NCBI RefSeq assembly: GCF_006345805.1
Contig: NC_043020.1
Coordinates: 26,226,001-26,290,000 of the forward strand
Length of the DNA: 64,000 bases
Direction: 5' to 3'
From: Octopus sinensis
Taxonomy: Eukaryota
The translations under genes were made by a program, and so were the position numbers. Below are positions 49,333 through 60,968 of the stretch, piece by piece. Every line of letters starts with the position of its first letter. The first letter of the stretch is position 1. Below the pieces are notes generated by a model, which searched no databases, was not told where the DNA came from, and saw only the letters and a list, made by a program, of their open reading frames with translations.

Positions 49333-49530
49333 AAGCAGCAGAAAATTCAACAGAATCTGTTACTCTGAGTTTCTCGTTGCCGTTCATCAGACAGTTTTTG
49401 GCAACGAGAAACTCAGAGTAACAGATTTTGTTGAATTTTCTGCTGCTTAAAATAAAGCATATTACTCTACCACTGGTATTTGAGTACTCTTTTTTCCACC
49501 TTGTTTCACATTTATGTGTTTACTCTGGTA
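49333..49530 (+). mobile_element. Penelope-like family I with a 49-bp fold-back (49333-49381 / 49400-49448)
   Basis: The arms differ at one position. The minus strand 49357-49394 reads CTGT-CTGATGA-ACG gcaa CGA-GAAA-CTCAGAG-TA-ACAG. Confidence 0.75.
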
Positions 49531-49595
49531 TATATATATATATTATATATATATATATAAACATACATAGACACACACACACATATTCACATATA

Positions 49596-50163
49596 CACAG
49601 ACATGCAGGAAGTAAATAGACATCTTTAATTTTCAAAATCTTTTATTTAATATTAATTGGTTGAAGGAGAGGCTTCCTTCTAGCTGCTCATCCATAATAC
49701 CCAAGCTTATGCAGATATGTAACACACGTTCTTGGACTAACTTCTAGCTGTTTTGCAATATCAGAAGACTTCGAACGGGGTTCGTTTTCCACAATTCTCT
49801 TCAAACAGCAAGGCTTCCTTTTCGAAGGCCCATGTTGGCCAGGATAAGAATCTGTTGATTCTTGGCTTTTGAATTACACTGTAATTCTATTAACAGTAGC
49901 AAGAGGAATTTGAAGATTTTCGGCAATTTTTCGCTGGCTAAGACCAGCCTCAGATTGCCCAACAATACAACCTTTACGAAAATCTGACAGTTCAGCTGAA
50001 TTTTTTGTGCATGGCATGGATACTCTTCGCAAATGTTTAATATAATGGCACCTGGAATGAAAAAGAATAATTACATTGTAAATTCTACACTGCTGAAAAC
50101 ATATTAAGAAGCTTAGATCAGAAATTTTGAAAATTAAATGTGTCTACTTCCTGCATGTCTGTG
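49596..50163 (-). mobile_element. Internally deleted Tc1-family transposon, ~40 bp TIRs, TA flanks
   Basis: TIR cacagacatgcaggaagta...tttaattttcaaaat at both ends. 49643-50017 reads MPCTKNSAELSDFRKGCIVGQSEAGLSQRKIAENLQIPLATVNRITV*...YLHKLGYYG*AARRKPLL (Tc1 HTH region, two internal stops). Confidence 0.9.
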
Positions 50164-50333
50164 TATATACAAACACCTATATATATATATACACACACAC
50201 ACAAACACATGCACGCAATATCAAACACACATACACAAGGTGCTTTTTTCAGTTTGATTCTCATGAATTTGCCTGGTGTTAAAACATATGAATGTCAGAG
50301 ACAAGCGAGATAACTTGCAGCTGGTCCCATTAC

Positions 50334-50370
<37 letters not shown>

Positions 50371-50579
50371 ACAACAGATGGATAATGTGTCAATTCACTA
50401 CAGCTGTTTCAAATAATTTTTTAATGTGTCAATACACTACAGCTGTTTCCAACAAATTTTTAATTGTTTAATAAAGACATTACATCATTAAGAGAAAACC
50501 GTTTGCATCAGGTAAATACACGAACCACAACATTTAGAAACATTAAAAAATCAACCACATATAGGCCTTCATGACTCTA

Positions 50580-50909
50580 CCAGCCTTGCTATGATGGCTG
50601 CCCCCTCATTATCGAGTATGGCCATTGCATGAAGCTTAACTGTTATTGGTGCTGTGATCGAATGTGACTTTTTAGCCCAGCCAAAGATCTACAATGTCTT
50701 GTACAGAATTGGCAACTAAAACCTTTACCGGTAATAGCCGGCTGTAGTTGTAACTGGGCTTCATGTACCTTTGCATGTCGTTTAAGTCCTCCTGCCGAAT
50801 TACACTCTCTTCCACATGCCCGACAGATATGATTAGTATGGTGTGTTACACCACCACCAGTGGCCAGGTTGTCACTCATCTGTCTCGCTTTATGACTGCC
50901 AGCCTTGCT

Positions 50910-50911
<2 letters not shown>
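50580..50911 (-). mobile_element. 5'-truncated LINE (probably RTE/BovB-like) retaining two C-terminal C2H2 fingers, 13-bp TSD
   Basis: HICRACGRECNSAGGLKRHAKVH and FSCQFCTRHCRSLAGLKSHIRSQH; ccagccttgctat at 50580-50592 and 50899-50911. Confidence 0.7.
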
Positions 50912-50965
<54 letters not shown>

Positions 50966-53395
50966 TCACCATTTTTTCTAATTTGTATGTCACATTATTT
51001 TATGCGATTTTATAACTGGAAAAAAAAAAACTGGGATGCGACTTATACAGAGGATAACTTCGAATTTGAAAGGAAAATTTTATTCTAAGATTTCAGGCTG
51101 ATATTGTGGTGTGATTTATACACTGTAGATATGGCATAGTTATGGTATATCTGTTGTGTATATGGGATATTTACATTGAGTGTGGATGTACACACTTCAA
51201 TACATATATTGTTGATATAATATTTAAACACAAATGCATAAATACTCGCACATGCGTGTATGGTATTCAAAAGCTGGATTATTCATCAGGAATTTTGCAA
51301 GAAATAATTTCATTCTAATCTGTTCTTCAGGAAATGATTTATTTTCATTATTGTAATTAAAGTGGATTAAAAAATCATTATCTAAAGAACTGATAATTGG
51401 GGAAACTATTCATTGTAGTGCATCTGAAGGATAATCCATCTTTTGACTGTATAGCTTTTTTTTTTTTTTTGTATTGGCATTTCTGTTGTATAAAACTATT
51501 TTATTGTATATATATTAAGTGCAAGCACACATAATGTAATGAGAAACAAACACTAATTAATTAACCACTAATTCTATTTTAATTGAGGTGAAATGAGCAT
51601 TGAGTCACTTCTTAATCCTACACTAGCTACTCAGGAGAGACCATTTTAAATCACCAATAATTGAAATGTGTTAATAACACAAATAACATTCTAATTAATG
51701 AAAATTGGGATTAGGCATGTGATGATGTGGAAAGAATTGTTCTGATCTTTGTCAGGTATAGTGACAAATTAGTGCATGTTTCTGTCTCATATGTCCTCTT
51801 CGGTAAAATAGAATCTTTCTTTACTCTGTGACTGCTACATCTCTAGTGAACAATTATTACATATATGTACTGTAATGCTGATTAATTGGCATGAATACAT
51901 GGCATAACATTGTGTGTGTGATGAAATAACAAAAGAAAAGCAAAAAGTAAGTTTTAATTATATTAGCCTTTACACTTGCTTCAATAGTACAAATTTTGTG
52001 AGCCCCATTTCTTCAGAAGGTGGACATTAATATCTTTTCCCTGTTATTTAATCATTATGCATACCTTGTGGTTATTACAGCCTGTTCCCCTGCAATATAT
52101 GCCTAAGTGTATAACAATATGAAGGGTTTTTTTCAAGGGCGCAATGTGTTGGTGTGCATTGAACTTGTGACCTAACGATCATGAGCCGAATAGCCCAACC
52201 CCTGATAGGATTTTCATCTATAGGATGTTCTTGAGGATTCTACAACCATGGCCCTTTCAGGAATAGTGGACAGAGAAGATGGATGGATTAATATGCTTGG
52301 AAAGTTTTTTAAAAAAATGTACAGTCTAATCTGAAACACCAGGCCCATAGTTGACAACACTGCTATGGACACAGAGTTTCAGGATTGATTTGGCCTCATC
52401 AGAACAGCATTGTTCATCATGCCTTTGATCTGTTGTAATTAATTTAGCACATACAGAAAGAATTTAGTTAATTTAAGCATATATATGAAGAATTTAGAAT
52501 TTATACAAAGAATTTAGAACTTAGCTAAGGATAATTTACATGAATTAAAAAGAAGAGAAAATACTCAAAAGAGGCCAGTGGTATGAATGTGGTTAAACAA
52601 AATGAGCGCCATCTATTGGATGTCATGTATAATAAATTCTTGCACCATGGGGATCTAATGTTTTGAAATCATGTATTGTTTTCTATCATTCTTCTGTCCA
52701 TTTTCTGAATTCTTCAGTCGCTTCTTTCAATTTCTGTCATTTTCTTCATATATTGGAGTAAGTGTTATTCTAATTAGCTAATTCATTAATTAATTAATTA
52801 TTCAATTAAGTTATCACTTCTCCAATTAACAACATTTTGCAAATCAAAGTATAAGTGAGATACTGACTGAAGAGAAGTAAAAAATAATTAAATCTCTGAT
52901 CTGTTACTTACGAATAACGTGAATTGAACCGCAAAAAGTTTGTATTGTAATGTTATGCTAATTACCTGGGTGTTCGATACTTCTCATGTTGAGGTATTGG
53001 GGGTGGAAGGGTGGGGGTGTTGGAAACGGGGTGGGGCACAATTGGTAGGGAGTGAAATAGGGATTGATCTTTTGCCTCATCTATTCCCCTTAATTATCTG
53101 TCCTCTTTCTCTCCCTCTCTTTCTTTTTTGCTTGCTCTCTTTATATTTTACATCTCACATGCACACACATCAGACACACACATCAGACACATGCATACAT
53201 GCATGCACACACACACATGCACACACACAAGACATGCACACATACACACCTGACATGCACACACACATGCAGACTCACCAAACATGCACACACACATGCA
53301 TGCACGTGCACACATGCACACACACCAGACACATGCACACACAGACACACACACACACACCACACACACACACACACACACATACACACACACCT

Positions 53396-53719
53396 GGCAT
53401 GTGTCGGTTACGATGTCGAAGGTTCCAGTTGAGCCGATCAACAGAACACCTTGGTTGTGAAATTAACGTGCAAGTGGCTGAGCACTCCACAGACACCTGT
53501 ACCCTTAAAACATAGTTATCAGGGACATTAAGCATGACACAGAACGAGACAACATCGACCCTTTGAATTACAGGTACCACTCATTTTTGCCAGCCGACTG
53601 GACTGGAGCAACGTGAAGTAAAGAACCTTGCTCAAGATCACAATGCACTGCCAGAAATTGAACTCATGACCTTACGATCAAGAGCCAAATAACTTTACCA
53701 GTAAGCCACGTGCCTTCAC
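53396..53719 (-). mobile_element. Family G-related tRNA SINE with CORE-like body
   Basis: ggactggagcaacgtgaag...cttgctcaag...aattgaactcatgacctt; tail shared with 13877-14374. Confidence 0.75.
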
Positions 53720-54059
53720 GTGCACACACATCATTATCATCATCATCAATTAACCTTCATCTTGCCAGCGTGGACCAAACAGTTTGACAGAATCTGATAA
53801 TTTGGAAGATTGCATTGGACTCCCATTTTCTGCTTTGGTATGGTACCTATGGCTGGGTACCCTTTTTTTTTAATGCTGATCCCTTTTACAAAGCTTATTG
53901 GGTACCTTGTCTCCTTGGTCCCGGCACTGACCACCCACATGTCCGTAGCACCAGAGCTGCGACCTCTCAGTGCGGAGAAAGGGTGGCTCAGCTTGGAGAG
54001 TCTCTCTGATCACCAAGCTATGCACCTTGTCAAGTTACGCTACTTCCTAAACATGACAA

Positions 54060-55508
54060 ATTATTTGCAAGACCACACCACCACCACCATCGCTACTACT
54101 ACTACTACTACCACCACCAACACCACCACAACTACTACTACTACTATTACCACTACCACCACACCACCACAACTACTACTACTACACCACCACCACCACC
54201 ACTACTGCTAACACCACCAATACCACCACAACTACTACCACCACCACCACAACCGCCACCACCACCACAACCGCCACCACCACCACAACTACTACTACCA
54301 CCACCACCACAACCACAACTACCACCACCACCACAACCACAACTACCACCACCACCACAACTATCACCACCATCACCACAACTACTACCACCACCACCTC
54401 TACTACCTGTTACTTTGGCTATTTGGATTGTCCTTTGGCATATGGTCATATTTGACCGACAATCTCTCACTTTCTCTCCCACCTCTCTCTCTCTCCTCCC
54501 TCTCTCTCCTCCCTCTCTCTCCTCCTCCTCTCTCTCTTTTCCATCTCTCCTCTTCTTTCTCACCCCCTCCCTCTCTCCCTCCATCAGATGCCATGTAAAA
54601 TAGTATTATTTATACAAAGTACACACAGACATTTGTCAATCTAGCGTATTAAGCCATCTTAAGATTATGCCCCCCCTCCATCACACACACACACACACAC
54701 ACACGTATGTACACACACACACACACACACACGTACCATCTCAAAATTTGCTTTTAGAGACTTATGACCACAACCAGGATGACAACATCACCATCGCCAG
54801 TGGCCACCACCACCCCTCACCACTACCACCAACAACTATAATAAAGGATAAAGCGGAAGGCCACTATCTCCACCACCACCACCACCACCACCATCATTGC
54901 CACTGTGACAATGTCTGCTAGAAGGCTGTTGACTGCCACCGCCACCACCTTTGCCAATGCCAATATGACCACCACTACTAATATTAACCACCAACACCAC
55001 CACCACAACCATCATCACTACTGACACCAACACCCCCCATTTTCACAAACACTACCACCACAACCACTGCAATCACCACCTCCACCAGCACTAATACTAC
55101 TTCTTCTACCAATACAACCATCACTATCATCACAACAATCCCCATGATGGCAGGCTCCCACCATGACCATCACTAAAAGCCCCACCACATCCACCATCCT
55201 TAGACATATAGCTAATCTCACTTTGCCATCACCACCACCTTCACCAATACCAATATGACCACCACTACTAATGGTAACCACCACAACCATCATCACCACT
55301 GACACTAACAACCCCCCCCCATTTTCACAAACACTACCACCACAACCACCACTGCAATCACCACCTCCACCACCACTACTAACACTACCTCTACCACCAC
55401 AACCATCACTATCATCACAACAGTCCCCATGATGGCTGTCTCCCACCATGACCATCACCAAAACCCTCCCTCCCCCCATCCTTAGATATATAGCTAATCT
55501 CATTTTGC
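54060..55508. repeat. (ACC)/(ACT)/(CT) tracts including a ~290 bp diverged tandem duplication (54943-55228 / 55232-55508)
   Basis: ccaatatgaccaccactactaat...ccttaga(c/t)atatagctaatctca occurs twice. Confidence 0.85.
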
Positions 55509-55544
55509 CTCTCAGACAGCTTTCACCCTTTCCTCTTTATGGCT

Positions 55545-55564
55545 TCATGCTTGTGTGTGTGTAT

Positions 55565-55603
<39 letters not shown>

Positions 55604-56115
55604 TGTCTTTGTACCTGTGTGTGTATGTATGTGGTTCTGTGTGTGTGTGTGTGTCTTTACACCTCAGTGTGTGTATGTGGTTCTGTGTGTGTCTTTACAC
55701 CTCAGTGTGTGTATGTGGTTCTGTGTGTGTGTGTGTCTTTACACCTCAGTGTGTGTATGTGGTTCTGTGTGTGTGTGTGTGTATGCATCCTTTTGTATGC
55801 GTATGTCTTTGTATCTGTGTGTGTGTGTGTCTTTACACCTCAGTGTGTGTATGTGGTTTTGTGTGTATGTGTGTGCATCTCTGTGTGTATGTGTATGCAT
55901 CTTTGTATGTGTGTGCCTGTATGTGTCTTTGTACCTGTGTGTGTGTCTTATCTGTGTGTATGTGGTTCTGTGTATACGTGTGTTTGCATCTTCCTGTGTG
56001 TGTTTGTATGCACCTTTGTGTGTGTGTTTACCTGTATGTGTGTGTGTGTCTTTGTACCTGTGTGTGTGTGGTGTGTGTGTGCATGTGTGTATGGTTCTGT
56101 ATGTGGTTCTGTGTT
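55545..56115. repeat. TG-rich minisatellite (unit containing tctttacacctcagtgtgtgtatgtggtt)
   Basis: The unit recurs about 4 times over 55650-55860, then decays. Confidence 0.85.
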
Positions 56116-56687
56116 TATGTGTTATCAAGGCCAGTCTGTCAGGCAGTCACTTGTTGTCTTCTGAAAGCTGCTCTATTCCTTCTGTCCCCCCCCCCCCACA
56201 CTTCTCTTCCTCAGCTCTCCTTCACTAGAAATTGTTCAAATAGTTCTGCTTTCCCTCCTTTACAGACATCTATTTATTTACTTACCATTGAGTGAAAGAG
56301 CAGCGCATGCCATCAAAGTGACACTGGGGTACAAATATACAAAGCCCACTATACCCATCATGACTACCTGTCTGATAAGGGTACACCAGGCACATACATT
56401 ACAACCATTTGTGCACTATCCATCCATCTATCTATCTATCCATCCATCTATCTATCTATCCATCTACGTATCTATCTATCTACCTATCTATCTATCTATC
56501 TATATCTATCTATCTATCTATCTATTTGTCTGTGGTTTTAGAGTCAAGTTTTGGCTGCTATTTCCAGTCTGGAGGTATCTCTTAGATACCCTAAATTATA
56601 ATTTTAATAATAATTATTACCTTTGAAGATTCTTATTCCCATACTGGCCACTTGATAAGATCGATATTTAAATTAACGATCTTATCC

Positions 56688-56742
<55 letters not shown>

Positions 56743-56754
56743 CCTATCTATCTA

Positions 56755-56792
<38 letters not shown>

Positions 56793-56802
56793 TAGATAGA
56801 TA

Positions 56803-56948
56803 CTTGTCCGATGAACGGGAACGTGAAACTCCGAGTAACAGCTTTTGTTAAATTTCTGCTGCTTTTAGATAAAGCAGATTACTCTACCTCTGGTATTTGA
56901 GTACTCTTTTTTCCACCTTGTTTCACATTTATGTGTTTACTCTGGTAT
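56803..56948 (+). mobile_element. Penelope-like family I with hammerhead motif 56804-56841
   Basis: TTGT-CCGATGA-ACG ggaa CGT-GAAA-CTCCGAG-TA-ACAG. Confidence 0.7.
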
Positions 56949-57370
56949 ATAGATAGATAGATAGATATAATCCAAATAATTATAATATATACATACATTG
57001 TCGTTGAATGCTCGAAATAAGGAGTAGATAGGCAGCCGACAACTGATGAAGGGTCCTTTCTCTTTGTTTACTTGTCCTGTTTTCCATTTTCCCTTGGTTT
57101 TTTTTTACGTATTCCAGTCGTTTTTCCTTTGTTTGTTTACATATTTCATGTTATTTGCACCGTTGGTGGCATCCTGTACCAAATGCTCGAAATAAGGAGT
57201 AGATAGGCAGCCAACAACTGATGAAGGGTCGTTCTTTATGTTATTTGTTTTGTTTTCTGTTTGTGTCTCTCATTGCTCGAAAGAATAGTTTGTGTTCCAT
57301 GTACTCGTGCTTCGTAGATTTTTGTTGTACACGTTTCATGATGTCCTATACCCACATATGCATATATATA

Positions 57371-57401
<31 letters not shown>

Positions 57402-57446
57402 CGTATAGATGTAAGTATGTACGTCTACATATGTATATATGTATAT

Positions 57447-57481
<35 letters not shown>

Positions 57482-57515
57482 CTATTTGTATTATTACATG
57501 CATATATATATATAT

Positions 57516-57805
57516 TTGTTCCTTTTTCGAGCCACACTTGGCTCATAAGGGTTTCCTTGGCGTATAGGTTCCCCACCTGGACGGAACGCCGGTCCGTCGC
57601 AGGTGAGCCACAAGATGCAGGAGGAAAGAGTGAGAGAAAGAGTGTAGCGAAAGAGTCAGCAGAAGTTCACCATTACCTTCTGCCGGAGCCGTGTGGGGCT
57701 TAGGTGTTTCACTCATAAACATACATATCTCCCAGTCTGAGATTCAAACCTGTGATCCCTCGACTGCGAATCTGCTGCTCTAACCACTAGGCCATGTGCC
57801 TCCAC
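57516..57805 (-). mobile_element. Family G tRNA SINE
   Basis: Reverse complement of 39131-39430. Confidence 0.85.
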
Positions 57806-57807
57806 TG

Positions 57808-57853
<46 letters not shown>

Positions 57854-58184
57854 TATATTATATTATATATCATTTATTTATTACATATATATGCTACTAA
57901 TGTGTATATTATTGTCGGGCTATTCCAATATCATCAGATATAACAAAGCTTTACTGTACTTAATCAAACATTCCTTGACATAATCTAAGGTGTGGACGTA
58001 TTTATGATGTATAATGGACTTTTAATAAACTGTATATACTCACATATAAATTGCACTGGTAGATTATTCATCCTTTGTTTGTGTTTAATATATTTCGTAC
58101 TCTGCCTTTGACTTGTCCGTGAATCACATTTTGGTTTTTGTATATATTACTAGTGACTTCATTTGTGGTTGCGTTTAAACAATG

Positions 58185-58625
58185 AATGGGTGTGGCTGTG
58201 TGGTAAGTAGCTTGCTTACTAAGCACATGGTTCTGTGTTCAGTCCCACTGCATGGCACCTTGGGCAGGTGTCTTCTATTATAGCCTCAGGCCGACCAATG
58301 CCTCGTGAGTAGATTTGGTAGATGGGAAATGGAAGAAGCCCATCGTATATATATGTGTATATATATGTGTGTTAATCAAAAAGATATACTCTCTTTACTC
58401 TTTTACTTGTTTCAGTCCTTTGACTGTGGCCATGCTGGAGCACAGCCTTTAGTTGAGCAAATCGACCCCAGGACTTATTCTTTGTAATCCTAGTACTTAT
58501 TCTATCGGTCTCTTTTGCTGAACCACTAAGTTACAGGGACGTAAACACACCAGCATCGGTTGTCAAGTGATGGTTGGGGGGACAAACACAGACACACAAA
58601 CATATACACACACGCTTACATATAT

Positions 58626-58659
<34 letters not shown>

Positions 58660-59400
58660 ACGGGAAGCTTACGAAAATAAACAAAAGACAAAGGCAGGTG
58701 GAGTACAAACAAACAATTGTATTAGTATGGCGCTCAGGAATAGAAATAGAACAAGTCTTTTACGTTTCGAGCCTACGCTCTTCGACAGAAAGATACACAG
58801 AAAAAAACAAGGAGAGAAAAAAATGCATGTAGGAGCTAACGATCTATCATGGCGTCCTGACTTCGGGCAGTGGTCAGACGCTAGAGGGACAGTAGGGGAG
58901 ATAACAGGGTCAAGTGACTTCCAAAACATATATACGACGGGCTTCTTTCAGTTTCCGTCTACCAAATTCACTCTCAAGGCTTTGGTTGGCTTGAGGTTTT
59001 AGTATAAAACACTTGTCTGAGGTGTCACGCAGTGAGACTGAACCCATGACTATGTGGTTGGTAAGCAAGCTACTTACCACACAGCCACTGTATAACATTT
59101 TTTATTCTTTTACTTGTTTCAGTTATTTGACTGTGGCCATGCTGGAGTACCGCCTTTAGTTGAGCAAACTGACCCCTGGAATTATTCTTTGTAAGCCTAG
59201 TACTTATTCTGTTGGCCTCTTTTGCCAAATGATGTCTGTTTTCCATGCTAGCATGGAAAACGGACATTAAACGATGATGATGATGATATATATATACACA
59301 CACGATGGACTTCTTTGAGTTTCTGTCTACCAAAATCTACTCACAAGGCTGTGGTCAGCCCGAGGGTATAGCAGAAGACACTTGCTCGAGGTGCCATGTT
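58185..59400. mobile_element. SINE C cluster: plus-strand head 58185-58340; minus copy split by H2 (58385-58605 and 58930-59090); further minus pieces to 59400
   Basis: Family-C motifs as above. Confidence 0.8.
58660..58860 (-). mobile_element. Penelope-like family H2 with variant hammerhead 58756-58793
   Basis: TCTTT-CTGTCGA-A-GAGC gtag GCTC-GAAA-CG-TA-AAAGA. Confidence 0.7.
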
Positions 59401-60345
59401 ATATAAAAATATAACAGGGCTTTTTAAAACTTTGAATCCCTAGGAAAAAAAATGGCTCGAAGGGGTCTCTAACCAAAAAATGTTCAAGGGCCTCTGCTTT
59501 AGGTAGAAATATGTTATATAATCTCTGTATCAACTTAAAACCACCCCGAACCCTTACTCCACGAGTTTCCTTTAGTTATAACCATTGTGTATTAGTGTTT
59601 ATATTTATCTTGCTCTGTCAGAAATTCTATGAAATGTTTCAACACTTCTAACAAATCTGTGCTCATGGAGGTGAAAAGCATAGACAGATATGTGTATGAT
59701 ATAACATGCGTTATCATTCGCAGCCGACTTAGTTCAGTGGCAAAATCGAATTTTCTCCATAAGCGGTCTGGTCTACTCTTCATCAACCTGCGTTTGTTTA
59801 CAGCACCAGTGTTTATATAGATCGTGTTGGTGATAAGATATGATCAGTTCGCTCTAGATACTCAATCATTTGTTGACGGATGTGTGTGTATTGAGGATTT
59901 CAAACGCCAGGCAAGGTTCACTTAACAAGTTGCAGGTGGTTTTTCACGCTGTTCGATTAAATATAAGCCAATAAAAATAACAGCGACAAACAACCAAGTG
60001 TAACATACATCTAGAAGTACCTGAGGCATAATTGCTATCAGGACAGGCGAGGAGGGTGAAAATAAAAAATAAAAAAAAAGATGACATTATTTATAGTGAT
60101 TTAAACTCTTTGTGGTGCGGCAGTTATCTTGGACAAAGAGAGATAAACGAATATAACGTACTTCCAGTCACGCCACATGCCATTCCGAATATGACCACAT
60201 ATTTGAGACTAGTGATGTGGTGAGGAAATGAGTCAGATTTTGGTCTTGTGTCTGATGCAAACACACTCGATGTTTAGGTTTGAATTTCCAGAAAAATAAA
60301 ATGTGTAATATGTCTGACTGTCTGTGTATCCATCTCTCTCTCTCC

Positions 60346-60383
<38 letters not shown>

Positions 60384-60472
60384 TCACACAACTCTCTATC
60401 AATCTGTTTCTTCCCCTATCTTTTTTTCACTCTACCTACCTGTCTGTCCATTTATTCATTTATCTTTCCACC

Positions 60473-60485
60473 TATCCATCTATCA

Positions 60486-60531
<46 letters not shown>

Positions 60532-60823
60532 TTGTCTGTCTGTATGTTTATCTATCTATCTATCTATCGAAATATATATATATATAATCCCTCTCTCCTC
60601 TCTCTCTCTCTCTCTCTATCTATATATATATATATTATATATATATATATATATATTATATATATTACATACATACATACATACATATCTACCTGTCCCC
60701 CACTCTCTCTCTTTCCCTTTCTCTCCATCCATCCATCTATCAGTCTGTCTGTCTGTCTGTCTGTCTATTTGTCTGTCTGTATGTTTATCTATCTATCTAT
60801 CTATCGAAATATATATATATAAA

Positions 60824-60891
<68 letters not shown>

Positions 60892-60968
60892 CACGTACAT
60901 ACATACATACATACATATCTACCTGTCCCCCACTCTCTCTCTTTCCCTTTCTCTCCATCCATCCATCT
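60473..60968. repeat. Duplicated compound-microsatellite cassette (~255 bp period)
   Basis: The same order of (GTCT)(ATCT)cgaaat(AT)(CT)(TA)(ACAT)atctacctgtcccccac occurs twice. Confidence 0.85.

Noticed and set aside
50643-50993. Host C2H2-ZNF gene
   Set aside because: No TGEKP linkers, bounded by a TSD, and the ORF start lies beyond a TA microsatellite; better explained as a LINE end.
59592-59820. Short ORFs in a unique island
   Set aside because: No recognisable motif in the frames checked; may be an old transposon but I cannot support that.
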